NCBI GenBank assembly: GCA_023458375.1
Contig: JAEWZT010000006.1
Coordinates: forward strand, 17,581-81,580
Direction: 5' to 3'
Source: Bacillota bacterium
GTDB lineage: Bacteria; Bacillota; Clostridia; Christensenellales; CAG-314
DNA: 64,000 nucleotides
Shown here in pieces: positions 17,108 to 26,782 of the stretch. The notes under the pieces were generated by a model that saw only the letters and a program-made list of their open reading frames with translations, ran no database searches and had not been told where the DNA came from. The number at the start of each line of letters is the position of its first letter. Position 1 is the stretch's first letter. The position numbers and the translations under genes are program-made.

Positions 17108-18733
17108 TCATTTGTTGAAATTGTCTTTTAGGGTTACAATTTGGTTAAAAACCATAACTTTGTCATTGCTGTCCCTGTCAACGGCGGCATAAAAGAGGCG
17201 CATAAACTGGAAAGATTGCCCAGCCTTTGCTTTTTTTACGCTCTCCTCTATATATATATCGCTTTCCGTCATACTTTTTTCGTTAAATCTTTGCAAAAGG
17301 TCTCCTTCGCCCTCGTTAAGCAGCTTGCCAAACGTCCTGAGCTTTGCCTTTACGCAACTGTTTACGCTTACCCATTGAATTACGCCCTTAACCTTAATTC
17401 CGCTTTGGTCGCTGCCGCTTTTGCTATCTTTTACAACGGAACAGTAAAGCGTTTCAGGGTTGCCGCTTTCGTCAAGCTCGTAGCTGTCGCAACGGATAAT
17501 ATAGGCGCCCTTTAAGCGGACGTATCCGTTGGGTTTAAGCCTGTAATATTTTGGCGGGGGGTTTAGCTCAAAGTCGCTTCCGTCAATATACAGCGTATTT
17601 GAAAAAGAAACTTTGCGCGTTGAAACGCCTTCCGCATTGGGATTATTTTCGATTTCTACAAGCTCTTCCCCCTCATAGTTGATAAGCACCACCTTTAAGG
17701 GGTTGGAAACCGCCATAATCCTGTCGCAGGAAAGGTTAAGATGTTCCCTCACGCAACTTTCAAGGTATTCGTAGTCAACAACGCTGTTGGCTTTTGCCAC
17801 CCCTATCCTGTCGCAAAAATCCTTAATAGCGTCGGCGGGATAGCCTTTGCGCCTTATGCCGCACAGTGTGGGCAATCGCGGGTCGTCCCAGCCCATGACC
17901 TTTTTGTTGTCTACAAGCGCCTTTAAAAAGCGTTTGCTCATAATTGTGTCGGTAAGGTTAAGGCGGGCAAACTCTATTTGCTGAGGACGGCTTTTGTAAA
18001 GCGCGTGCCCGCAGTTATCTATTACCCAGTCGTATAACGGACGGTGGTCTTCAAATTCCAAAGTGCAAATGGAGTGCGTTGTGCCCTCTAACGCGTCTTC
18101 TATGGGGTGGGCAAAGTCATACATGGGATAAATGCACCACTTGTCCCCCGTGTTGTGGTGGGACGCGTGAAGCACGCGGTAAATGACGGGGTCGCGCATA
18201 TTTACATTGGGGGACGCCATATCTATTTTTGCCCTTAAAACCCTTTCGCCGTCGGCATATTTGCCCTCTTTCATCTCCAAAAACAGCCTTTTATTCTCTT
18301 CAATACTCCTGTTTCTGTAAGGGCTTAAACTGCCCCCCTGCGTCAAACTTCCCCGCGTGTTTTTTATTTCTTCGGCGGTTAAGTCGCATACGTAGGCAAG
18401 CCCTTTGTCAATCAGCTCCATTGCGCAATCATACATCTGCGGGAAAAAGTCGGAGGCAAAATTTATGCCGTCCCACTCAAAGCCAAGCCACTTAATGTCC
18501 TCTTCTATGCTTTTAACAAACTCCTCCCCCTCTTTTACGGGGTTGGTGTCGTCGTAGCGCAAGTAGCACTTGCCGCTGTATTTTGCTTTTATGCCGAAAT
18601 TAATGCACAGCGACTTTGCGTGCCCTATATGCAAATAGCCGTTAGGCTCGGGAGGGAAACGCGTTTGTATATTTTTTACCTTGCCGCTTTCCAAGTCGTT
18701 TTCAATAATTTGTTCAATAAAATTCGTAGCCAT
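17108..18733 (-). CDS. glnS: Glutamine--tRNA ligase
   Basis: Class I HIGH motif in RFPPEPNGYLHIGHAKS, and a KMSKS-type VMSKR loop (IMSKRFL). The 541 aa are collinear with GlnRS, including the C-terminal anticodon-binding beta-barrels. Confidence 0.93.
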   Translation of the reverse strand: MATNFIEQIIENDLESGKVKNIQTRFPPEPNGYLHIGHAKSLCINFGIKAKYSGKCYLRYDDTNPVKEGEEFVKSIEEDIKWLGFEWDGINFASDFFPQMYDCAMELIDKGLAYVCDLTAEEIKNTRGSLTQGGSLSPYRNRSIEENKRLFLEMKEGKYADGERVLRAKIDMASPNVNMRDPVIYRVLHASHHNTGDKWCIYPMYDFAHPIEDALEGTTHSICTLEFEDHRPLYDWVIDNCGHALYKSRPQQIEFARLNLTDTIMSKRFLKALVDNKKVMGWDDPRLPTLCGIRRKGYPADAIKDFCDRIGVAKANSVVDYEYLESCVREHLNLSCDRIMAVSNPLKVVLINYEGEELVEIENNPNAEGVSTRKVSFSNTLYIDGSDFELNPPPKYYRLKPNGYVRLKGAYIIRCDSYELDESGNPETLYCSVVKDSKSGSDQSGIKVKGVIQWVSVNSCVKAKLRTFGKLLNEGEGDLLQRFNEKSMTESDIYIEESVKKAKAGQSFQFMRLFYAAVDRDSNDKVMVFNQIVTLKDNFNK

Positions 18734-20263
18734 TTAATATCCCAGTCCTCCAAGTTCCTCGTCGTCAACGGGCAGCATATCCTCAATGGGCGGTTCTTCC
18801 GAAGGAAGGGGAATATCTTCGCCGCCCCCGCCCGCGCTTTTCGCCTTTATTTTGCCTCCGCCTGTTTCAATAAGCCTCTTTGCGTCCTCTTCGTCGTTTA
18901 CAAAGGTTACTATTTGAGGCAGCCATTTTACGGGTATGTCGTCAAGCGGTCCGTTACGGTGCTTTGCGATAATAATTTTCGCGTCCACTTCAAGCTCGTT
19001 TCTTTCCTCTTCTTCCACTTCGGGCTTATGTATAAAGATAACCATGTCGGCGTCTTGCTCAATGGCGCCCGATTCCCTCAAATCTGACAGCGCGGGCTCT
19101 TTGCCCTCTTTTTGCTTGCGCTTATCAGCCTCTCTTGAAAGCTGCGACAGCGCCAATACGGGCAGGCTTAGCTCCTTTGCCATAATCTTTAAGTTACGGC
19201 TTATTTCGCTTACTTCCCTTTGACGGCTTTCGGAGGGTCTGTTTTCGCCCATCGTCATAAGCTGCAAATAGTCAATTATAACCAAGTCAAGCCCGTGCCG
19301 CGCCTGTATGCGGCGGCATTTTGCCAAAATCTCGTTTGGCGTTGTGATAGAGGAATCGTCTATAAACACCGAAAGGGTGGAAAGGTAGTTTGTCGCGTCG
19401 TTTATCTTTACCCAGTCGTTTTCCGTTAAGTCGCCGCGCATGGCTTTGCTCATGTCTATGCCCGCGTAAGAACATATAAATCTTTGGGCAATTTCGGCAG
19501 AGGACATTTCCAAAGAAAAAATAGCTATGCTCCTGCCCTCTTTGGCGGCGTTTTGCGCGATATTTAAAGCAAAAGAAGTTTTGCCCATGCCCGTTGTAGC
19601 CGCAAGTATAATGAGGTTGCCCTTTTGGAAACCTCTCGTCTTGCTGTCTAAGCGGCGGATACCCGAAGTTACGCCGGTATAGGCGCCCTTGTTTCTGTGC
19701 GCAGCGTCAAAACGTTTAAGCACTTCGCCTATGCTGTCGGAAATGCCCGTAATGGTTTTGCTCATTTTGCCGCGGTTTATATCGTAAACGTCCTTTTCGG
19801 CGTCTGCTATTAACTGCTCGTGGTTTTGCTCAACGTAGGCGCGCTCAATTATGCCCCCGCAGGTGCGTATAAGAGTGCGAAGCACAAAGTTTCTTTCAAC
19901 TATATCAAAATATACTTTATAACCCGCCCCGCTTATAACGCTGTCTTGAACTTTGGTAAGGTAGTCAAGCCCCCCTACCTGTGCCAAGGCGCTCATTCTT
20001 TCAAGCTCGTCAATAAGCGTAATCAAATCAATGGGCACGTTGCGCGACGCAAGGCTTTGCATTGCGGAAAATATCGTTTTGTGGGAGTTTAAATAAAAAT
20101 GCTCCTGCGTCAGCCTGTTTAATATGTCAAGGGATAACTCAGCGTCCGTTAAAATACACCCCAAAAGGTTGGCTTCCGCCTCGCCGCTGTGCGGAAGGCT
20201 TCTTCCCTGCGCTATTTTGTCAACGGCGCCGACGCCTTGTCTGCTGTCTTTTTTTTGAGGCAT
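18734..20263 (-). CDS. dnaB: Replicative DNA helicase DnaB with an acidic/Gly-rich C-terminal extension
   Basis: PHSGEAEANLLGCIL at the N-terminal domain, Walker A AATTGMGKTSFALNIA, and RecA-like motifs (IDYLQLM, ALSQLSR). I moved the start to ATG 20263, preceded by GGAGGGG. The extension in the track runs through the promoter. Confidence 0.9.
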   Translation of the reverse strand: MPQKKDSRQGVGAVDKIAQGRSLPHSGEAEANLLGCILTDAELSLDILNRLTQEHFYLNSHKTIFSAMQSLASRNVPIDLITLIDELERMSALAQVGGLDYLTKVQDSVISGAGYKVYFDIVERNFVLRTLIRTCGGIIERAYVEQNHEQLIADAEKDVYDINRGKMSKTITGISDSIGEVLKRFDAAHRNKGAYTGVTSGIRRLDSKTRGFQKGNLIILAATTGMGKTSFALNIAQNAAKEGRSIAIFSLEMSSAEIAQRFICSYAGIDMSKAMRGDLTENDWVKINDATNYLSTLSVFIDDSSITTPNEILAKCRRIQARHGLDLVIIDYLQLMTMGENRPSESRQREVSEISRNLKIMAKELSLPVLALSQLSREADKRKQKEGKEPALSDLRESGAIEQDADMVIFIHKPEVEEEERNELEVDAKIIIAKHRNGPLDDIPVKWLPQIVTFVNDEEDAKRLIETGGGKIKAKSAGGGGEDIPLPSEEPPIEDMLPVDDEELGGLGY

Positions 20264-20294
20264 TTTATCCCCTCCGACGGTAATTGTAAAGATT

Positions 20295-20323
20295 ATTATA
20301 CAACAAACGCCGTCAATATACAA
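20295..20323 (-). promoter_or_regulatory. Sigma-A-type promoter candidate for dnaB
   Basis: On the minus strand: TTGTAT-17 nt-TATAAT, about 30 nt upstream of the dnaB ATG. Confidence 0.45.
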
Positions 20324-20863
20324 GCGTTATTTCAATTGAGGAAGGCAAAGCGAGTGCTTAAAACCCATTGATTTTTTTGAGGCGCAATAAGTTTTATTTG
20401 CGCTTTTTAAGAGTTCTCAATTTGCGCGGCGGTTTTTGCGGGGGTTGGCAAGCGGTTTTTACCGCTGTTATACTTGCAATTATGGACGTTACTCATATTA
20501 CCAAAATTGTTATAAAATAGCTTAAATTATACTAAGCTGTCTTGCAAAAATAGCGGAAAATAAACAAAGCGCGGCGAAAAAATTATGAAAAAACCTGTCT
20601 TATATTTTTGCTTTCATATACTTTTTGAATTCATTGAGGCAAGCATAAAAATATGCTAGATACTGCGTCACAGTAAGTTCGCAAATAGAAAGCGCGTATG
20701 CCCTTTTAAAAACAAAACATTTTTAGCCTTTACTTTGCTTAGGGCATTTTTTAAAATTTTTTTTGCTTCGGTTTTAAACTTAGCGGTTTGCATTAAAGTA
20801 AATGAATACCGCAGCTATTCTTAACGCTTTTTTATCTCTTAACATTATTTCATTAAAACCTTA

Positions 20864-22558
20864 TCAAGGCTTAACGTTTTTCCCGCTTTTTTCGCTTGGC
20901 GGAAGCGCTTTTTTATTCTCTTTCTCTTGGGTAAGCGCGGGGAAGGGCAACGCACCCTTTACAATTATCCTCGGCGTTGCCTTGTAGGTGTCGCGCGCAA
21001 GCTCTTTGACCTTTATAAGCTTATTATCCTTATAATAAAGCAATTTTCCCTTAGAAACCATGCCGTCGCTCCCCTGCGAAAGTATATAAATGTCGGTGTC
21101 GTATATCACCTTGTCGGCGTATTTGCCCTCGCGGTCAATAAAAATTTTTTCCGGTCGCGGCGTTTGAGAGATAATTTCGCTTTTGCGCACTATTTCATAG
21201 TCGTTGGGCGCGCCGTAAAACTTAATTACGGCCCTTTCTTTTTCGGCGTATGCCGACAGATAAAGGGTATGCCCCGTATTGTTGTAAAACACCAAGTCGC
21301 CCGAAGAGCTGTTTACCATAGCGTCAAAACTGGGTGAAACGTAGGAGCTTAGCAAGCTGTGTGGCGCGCGCCTAAGCACCTGAATGTCGGAAAGCAAAAG
21401 CGCGTTATACAGCGTTGTGGATACCTGACAGACACCTCCCCCCACGCCGCTTACATATTCCCCCTCAATGATGATTTTAGCTTCCTTATAGCCCCTTTCC
21501 CTCGTGCGCGCCCCCACCGTATTGTTAAAGGAAATCCTTTCCTCGGGGGCAACGGCAAGCCCGTTAAGGGAAGAAAGCGCCAGCTTAATATTCGCTGCCC
21601 TGTTGCTTCCGCTTGCGGAAAAATCGGTGGAAAAAATCCCCCTCAATAGGGTATGGTCTTTTAAAAACTGCTGCGTTACGCGGGGCTGCAAAGTAATCAA
21701 AGGCAGTTCAATGTTCTTTTGCCTTGCCATTTCGCGGTAGATTATGGCGCACGCCCCCTCATATTCCAAATAGCGCCCCGTTTTTTCCGCCGTGTAGGTA
21801 AAAGAACCACTTTTACTAAAAGTTACCGTTGCGTCCAACGCGGGCTTGTTGAGCTTATTGGAAATGTCGGCGATAATCTTATGGATATTGGGCAAAACGT
21901 AGTAAACCGCCTGGTAGTAACTGTATCCCTCCCTCACAAGCTGTTCAATACGCTGTTTTTTTAGTTTTGGGGAGCAATAAAGGGCGCGCGAAGCTTTGCT
22001 TTTTGCCGAAAGCCCCTTTATGTTGTCGCTTAACTTGTAGTTGTAAGTCAAGCCGCCGCAGCTTAAAGTTAACTCGCAGTCCCAGGGAAGCTCCTGCGTC
22101 CGCTTAGCCGCGTTAGCGTTTTTCGCTTGCGGCAACTGCGGATTAACCCCTTTAAAGATTTGTTCTGATGAATATTCCAACCCGTTATTTCCTAAGCCCT
22201 GTGAAAAAAGCTGGTAGCTGTTAAAAGTTTGCTCTGAGAGATATTCACAATCTGCCTGAATACCGTATTTTGACGCGCACTCAAAATCTGCCCCATCAAA
22301 GCTTTGGTTTTCGGGAAAACAGGAATTATCCCTGTAAAAGATTTGTTGAAAGGGATACTCCAACTCATTATTCTCTATGTTCTGTGAAAAAAGCTGGTAG
22401 CTGTTAAAAGTTTGCTCTGAGGGATATTCCCATTGCGAAACGGTTCCGTTAAAACTTTGTATTAATGACTTTGAATTGGGCAAAAAAAAGCTCACCCCCA
22501 GGGTGAGCGCAAGGATTATTACCGTTATTTTAATAAATATATTAGTTTTTTTGTTCAT
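20864..22558 (-). CDS. VanW-family protein (N-terminal TM, internally duplicated linker, VanW domain, G5-like C-terminus)
   Basis: The VanW core is GYKEAKIIIEGEYVSGVGGGVCQVSTTLYNALL. TM helix IFIKITVIILALTLGV. The track start at 22561 is TTG, so I use the adjacent ATG at 22558. Confidence 0.8.
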   Translation of the reverse strand: MNKKTNIFIKITVIILALTLGVSFFLPNSKSLIQSFNGTVSQWEYPSEQTFNSYQLFSQNIENNELEYPFQQIFYRDNSCFPENQSFDGADFECASKYGIQADCEYLSEQTFNSYQLFSQGLGNNGLEYSSEQIFKGVNPQLPQAKNANAAKRTQELPWDCELTLSCGGLTYNYKLSDNIKGLSAKSKASRALYCSPKLKKQRIEQLVREGYSYYQAVYYVLPNIHKIIADISNKLNKPALDATVTFSKSGSFTYTAEKTGRYLEYEGACAIIYREMARQKNIELPLITLQPRVTQQFLKDHTLLRGIFSTDFSASGSNRAANIKLALSSLNGLAVAPEERISFNNTVGARTRERGYKEAKIIIEGEYVSGVGGGVCQVSTTLYNALLLSDIQVLRRAPHSLLSSYVSPSFDAMVNSSSGDLVFYNNTGHTLYLSAYAEKERAVIKFYGAPNDYEIVRKSEIISQTPRPEKIFIDREGKYADKVIYDTDIYILSQGSDGMVSKGKLLYYKDNKLIKVKELARDTYKATPRIIVKGALPFPALTQEKENKKALPPSEKSGKNVKP

Positions 22559-23369
22559 CAATTATTCCCAAAACTTTCCGCGTCAGCTTGTTGGGATAAA
22601 AAACGCTTTCGCCGCCGTGCTGTCCGTCGTGAAAATCGCTTCCCCCCGTTACGATAAGCTTATACTTATCGGCAAGCGAGCGGTAAAACTTACGCTCTAA
22701 ATCATTATGTGAATAATAATCCGCTTCAATACCCATTAAGCCGTAGCCTTTTAAGTTAAGGACATAGTCTGCAAGGGCGGGCTGCGAAAGCTTTAAGTTT
22801 TTGGGGTGCGCCAAAACGGGTACGCCTTTGTATTTAAGCGCAAGTTCAATCGCCTCTCTGGGCGTTAATCTTTTTGACTGCACATAGGCTTTTTTGCCGT
22901 AGCCCAAATACTCGTCAAAGGCTGCCAAACGGCTGGGGATAATATCCAGTTTTACCATTTCGTCCGCAATGTCGGGTCTGCCTATGGTTTTGTCGCCCGC
23001 CTGCGCGTAAATTGTGTCAAGGTCAACGTGTATTCCCCATTCGGCAAGTTTTTTGACTATGGCGTAGTTGCGCACTTTGCGCAGCTCTTTGAGTTCTTTT
23101 AAGTCGTCGGAAAGGGCGGGGTTAAGGTAATCTATATTATAAGCTAATATATGCACTTCAAAATTGTCGTAACTGCTTATTTCAATGCCGGGCAAAACTT
23201 GCAGCCCAAGCTCGCCCCCTTTGCCCACCGCTTCGCTTACGCCCTCTACGGTGTCATGGTCCGTTAAAGAGGCGCAGACAAGCCCTCTACTCTTTGCCCG
23301 CTCCATTAAATCGGAAGGGGTCAACTTGCCGTCGGACTTTGTAGAGTGCAAATGAAAATCACAAATCAT
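22542..23369 (-). CDS. PHP-domain metal-dependent phosphoesterase (TrpH/YciV-like)
   Basis: MICDFHLHSTKSDGKLTPSDLMERAKSRGLVCASLTDHDTVEG is the canonical PHP motif I/II. Downstream His and Asp residues are present (LAHP, GGSDFH). Confidence 0.8.
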   Translation of the reverse strand: MICDFHLHSTKSDGKLTPSDLMERAKSRGLVCASLTDHDTVEGVSEAVGKGGELGLQVLPGIEISSYDNFEVHILAYNIDYLNPALSDDLKELKELRKVRNYAIVKKLAEWGIHVDLDTIYAQAGDKTIGRPDIADEMVKLDIIPSRLAAFDEYLGYGKKAYVQSKRLTPREAIELALKYKGVPVLAHPKNLKLSQPALADYVLNLKGYGLMGIEADYYSHNDLERKFYRSLADKYKLIVTGGSDFHDGQHGGESVFYPNKLTRKVLGIIDEQKN

Positions 23370-23454
23370 ATTTTTAGTATATCACATACCGCCTTAAAGT
23401 CAAAGCAAAAGCGGAAAAAACATTTGGCGCAAAAAACAACGGAACAAAAATCGC

Positions 23455-23484
23455 TTGACCCTTAATTAAAGATAAATATATAAT
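23455..23484 (+). promoter_or_regulatory. Sigma-A-type promoter candidate for the NifU-like / GGGTGRT operon
   Basis: TTGACC (23455..23460), 18 nt spacer, TATAAT (23479..23484), about 38 nt upstream of the ATG. Confidence 0.5.
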
Positions 23485-23522
23485 ATATTTAGCGCTAAAC
23501 TATCTAAAAAGGAGATAACAGT

Positions 23523-24218
23523 ATGCCTAACTATACACATGAAGTTGAAGGAATGGTATGCGTCAGAAAAGGGTGCGATCACGGACCCTCCCCCATTCCG
23601 CAGGAAGGAAGCTGGACGCAGGCAAGAGAAATTAAAGACATAAGCGGCTTAACGCACGGCGTAGGTCGCTGCGCCCCTCAGCAGGGCGCCTGTAAGTTAA
23701 CGCTAAATATAAAAAACGGCGTAATTGAAGAGGCTTTAATAGAAACCATAGGCTGTTCGGGTATGACGCACAGCGCCGCAATGGCAGGGGAAATTTTAAC
23801 GGGAAAGACGATTTTGGAAGCGCTCAATACCGACCTTGTCTGCGACGCCATAAATACCGCAATGCGGGAGTTGTTTTTGCAAATTGTTTACGGCAGGTCG
23901 CAGTCGGCTTTTTCCGACGCGGGGCTTCCCGTAGGCGCGGGGTTAGAAGACCTCGGCAAAGGCATGCGCTCGCAAGTGGCGACAATTTACAGCACCGCCA
24001 AAAAGGGCGTGCGCTATTTAGAGGACACCGAAGGCTATATAACCAAGCTTGCCCTTGACGAAAAGGGGGAAATAATAGGTTACGAATACGTTAATTTAGG
24101 AAAACTTATGGAAGAAGTGCAAAAAGGCGCTTGCGGAAACGACGCTTTGGAAAAAGCCAAGGGTCGTTACGGCAGATTTGACGAAGCGGTTAAAGTTATT
24201 AACCCGCGCAAAGAGTAG
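23523..24218 (+). CDS. NifU/IscU-like Fe-S scaffold-fold protein with an uncharacterised ~100-aa C-terminal extension
   Basis: GVGRCAPQQGACKLTLNIKNGVIEEALIETIGCSGMTHSAAMAGEILTGKTILEALN..LVCDAI follows the IscU pattern (Cys in the first loop, GC-x-x, a helix, a late Cys). AAGGAG RBS. Confidence 0.6.
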   Translation: MPNYTHEVEGMVCVRKGCDHGPSPIPQEGSWTQAREIKDISGLTHGVGRCAPQQGACKLTLNIKNGVIEEALIETIGCSGMTHSAAMAGEILTGKTILEALNTDLVCDAINTAMRELFLQIVYGRSQSAFSDAGLPVGAGLEDLGKGMRSQVATIYSTAKKGVRYLEDTEGYITKLALDEKGEIIGYEYVNLGKLMEEVQKGACGNDALEKAKGRYGRFDEAVKVINPRKE

Positions 24219-24228
24219 GAGAAAAGCT

Positions 24229-25221
24229 ATGATTACCTTTGAAAACTACGACAGAAGAATAAAAAATATCAACGCCTTTCTTAACGCGAAGGGCATAAAA
24301 GACTTAGCGGAAGCGCACCAAATCTGTTTAAACAGGGGCGTTGACTGCGAAAAAATCGTGAAAGGAATACAAACCATAGCCTTTGACGACGCAGTTTGGG
24401 CTTACACGGCAGGCTGCGCCGCCGCGATTAAAAGAAATGTTAAAAACGCCGAAGAAGCGGCAAAAGTAATAGGCGAGGGGTTGCAGGCTTTTTGTATCAG
24501 CGGAAGCGTGGCAGACCACAGACAAGTGGGTATAGGGCACGGAAACTTAGCGGCGATGCTGCTAAACGAAAACACAAAATGCTTTGCTTTTTTGGCGGGG
24601 CACGAAAGCTTTGCGGCGGCGGAAGGCGCAATAGGCATAGCGCGCACGGCAAACAAAGTGCGTAATATTCCCTTAAAGGTAATTTTAAACGGTTTGGGCA
24701 AGGACGCGGCGTATATTATAAGCCGCATAAACGGCTTTACTTATGTTCAGACGCAATTTGACCGCCAAAAGGACGAGCTTATTGTTGTAGGAAACGTTGA
24801 GTTCAGCAAGGGCGAAAGAAATAAGATACTCTGCTACGGCGCCGACGACGTAAGCGAGGGTGTAGCCATTATGATACGCGAAAGCGTTGACGTATCTATT
24901 ACGGGCAACAGCACCAACCCCACCCGTTTCCAGCACCCCGTAGCGGGCACATATAAAAAATGGGCTATTGAAAAGGGCAAAAACTACTTTTCGGTGGCAA
25001 GCGGCGGCGGCACGGGCAGAACGCTTCACCCTGACAATATGGGCGCAGGTCCCGCAAGCTACGGCTTGACGGATACCATGGGCAGAATGCACGGCGACGC
25101 TCAGTTTGCGGGCAGCTCCTCAGTCCCCGCTCACGTAGAAATGATGGGATTTATAGGCATGGGCAACAACCCCATGGTAGGCGCAACGGTTGCCTGCGCG
25201 GTGGCGGTAGTAACCCCGTAA
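24229..25221 (+). CDS. Conserved hypothetical protein carrying a GGGTGRT motif ('GGGtGRT protein' family, by recollection)
   Basis: SVASGGGTGRTLHPDNMGAGPASYGLTDTMGRMHGDAQFAGSSSVPAHVEMMGF. The start is reset to ATG 24229 (MITFENYDRR), preceded by AGGAG. The track's TTG/ATG extension overlaps the upstream gene. Confidence 0.6.
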   Translation: MITFENYDRRIKNINAFLNAKGIKDLAEAHQICLNRGVDCEKIVKGIQTIAFDDAVWAYTAGCAAAIKRNVKNAEEAAKVIGEGLQAFCISGSVADHRQVGIGHGNLAAMLLNENTKCFAFLAGHESFAAAEGAIGIARTANKVRNIPLKVILNGLGKDAAYIISRINGFTYVQTQFDRQKDELIVVGNVEFSKGERNKILCYGADDVSEGVAIMIRESVDVSITGNSTNPTRFQHPVAGTYKKWAIEKGKNYFSVASGGGTGRTLHPDNMGAGPASYGLTDTMGRMHGDAQFAGSSSVPAHVEMMGFIGMGNNPMVGATVACAVAVVTP

Positions 25222-25439
25222 AATATCCAATTAAAACTTTGTTTTAATTGGGACCCCGAAATAAACCTTACAAAATCTGCGGATTTTGAAAACCCGCCGA
25301 CAGTATCTCCTAAACTGTTTATGGCAATCCAAAAGATAACACACTTTGTATTACGATTTAACGGGGAATAACCGCAAAAACAAGATTAGCGCAATGCAAA
25401 TATCTTTATCGGCTAATATTTAAAAAAGAAAATCGCAAA

Positions 25440-25470
25440 GCCGCTTGAAAATACTTCAAGCGGCTGTTTT
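25440..25470 (+). terminator. Intrinsic terminator of the NifU-like / GGGTGRT operon
   Basis: GCCGCTTGAA-AATAC-TTCAAGCGGC followed by TGTTTT. Confidence 0.7.
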
Positions 25471-26014
25471 ATGCTTATCTTTTAATTTTACCTTTGCTTT
25501 TTAAATATTTTATTTGTTAAATAGTTTTGCTTTGAGCGTTGGGTATCGCGGCTAGTCGGGCATTTTGTTTAATCGCATTTTTAATTTTTCCGTATTTTTG
25601 GCGGCGGCGTTTTTATTAACAGTCTTATTAAGCATAATCCGTCGTATCGCACAAAACTTAAATTAAATTAACAAACATTATTTTAAAGCATTTAATACAT
25701 AATCTTTGTGAAAAGCGCGCTTATACTTTTAAATACAAAAAATAACAGGCAAGACGGCATCTTTTATTTTTTTACGCCGCTTTGTTGCGGCACTTCGGGG
25801 AAAATATTTATTACTGATTTAGCTTTGAAGTTTTAAGGCGGCGCTTACCTATATAATTCTTTTGCCATTACATTCAAAGCGGCTTTAAGCAGCTTTATTC
25901 TCGCATTACCACCCTGCTCAAAGCGCGTTTGCCCAAACAAAAAAACGGGAACAAGTCCCGAAATTCTTAAAAGGCTATAAAGATAGTTTTTACCATATTT
26001 TCTTTCGTATAAAA

Positions 26015-26050
26015 CCAAAAAAACGGTTAAAGCAAAGTAAAAAAACCGTT
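26015..26050 (-). terminator. Terminator-like hairpin after the RluA-family gene
   Basis: On the minus strand: AACGGTT-(15 nt)-AACCGTT followed by TTTTTTT. The upstream arm overlaps the stop codon. Confidence 0.4.
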
Positions 26051-26781
26051 TATTCTCCCGCGTGGAAGTAGTCAATATAATTGTTTATTTCAAAGAGGTT
26101 CCACGGGTTGGTTTGAGGCGGATAGGCGACAAATACCATGCGCTTATCGGACACGGGATGGTTAAATATAAGCCTATACGCAAAAAGGGCGAGGTTGTTT
26201 CCCGCGGGGGAACCTTTATTGCCGCCGTAGCGCACATCGCCGTAAACGGGGTTGCCGAAAGAGGCGAACTGCACGCGTATTTGGTGGCTTCTGCCCGTTT
26301 CCAAACTTATTTCCGCCAAGGAAAGGTCTTGTTTTTTATCTAAAATCTTATAGTCCAGCACAGCCTTTTTTGCGCCCGCCGTGCTTTCGGTAGCCACAAA
26401 TACGGTGTTTGTCAGAGGATTCTTTTTAAGATAGCTTACAATTTGACCCTGCGGCTGATATGGTTGCCCGCAGAGCACCGCCAGATATCCTTTGTCAATT
26501 TCGTGCGTGGCAAAAGACTGGCTAAGCCTTGCCGCCGCCTTGCTGGTTTTGGCAAAGACCATTATGCCCCCCGTTACCCTGTCTAAGCGGTGCACAAGTC
26601 CGACGTAAGCATCCCCCTCTTTGTTGTATTTTTCCTTAACGTAGCCCTTTAAAAGCGTCAGTAGGTCTGCGTCCCCCGTCTTATCCTCCTGCGAGGGCAT
26701 ATTAAAAGGTTTAAGCACTACCAAAAGGTGGTTATCCTCGTATAAAAGGGGCACGTCTTCCATTGTAAAATTTCTTGCCAT
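26050..26781 (-). CDS. RluA-family pseudouridine synthase (no S4 domain)
   Basis: Catalytic motif GLVHRLDRVTGGIMVFAKT and the downstream RSHQIRVQF motif. The start is reset to ATG 26781, preceded by GGGAGAATAAT. Confidence 0.85.
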   Translation of the reverse strand: MARNFTMEDVPLLYEDNHLLVVLKPFNMPSQEDKTGDADLLTLLKGYVKEKYNKEGDAYVGLVHRLDRVTGGIMVFAKTSKAAARLSQSFATHEIDKGYLAVLCGQPYQPQGQIVSYLKKNPLTNTVFVATESTAGAKKAVLDYKILDKKQDLSLAEISLETGRSHQIRVQFASFGNPVYGDVRYGGNKGSPAGNNLALFAYRLIFNHPVSDKRMVFVAYPPQTNPWNLFEINNYIDYFHAGE

Positions 26782-26782
26782 A

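Noticed and set aside
25845-26075. 76-aa minus-strand ORF downstream of the RluA-family gene
   Set aside because: It begins inside and overlaps the 3' end and terminator of the upstream gene. It has no RBS and no recognisable motif.
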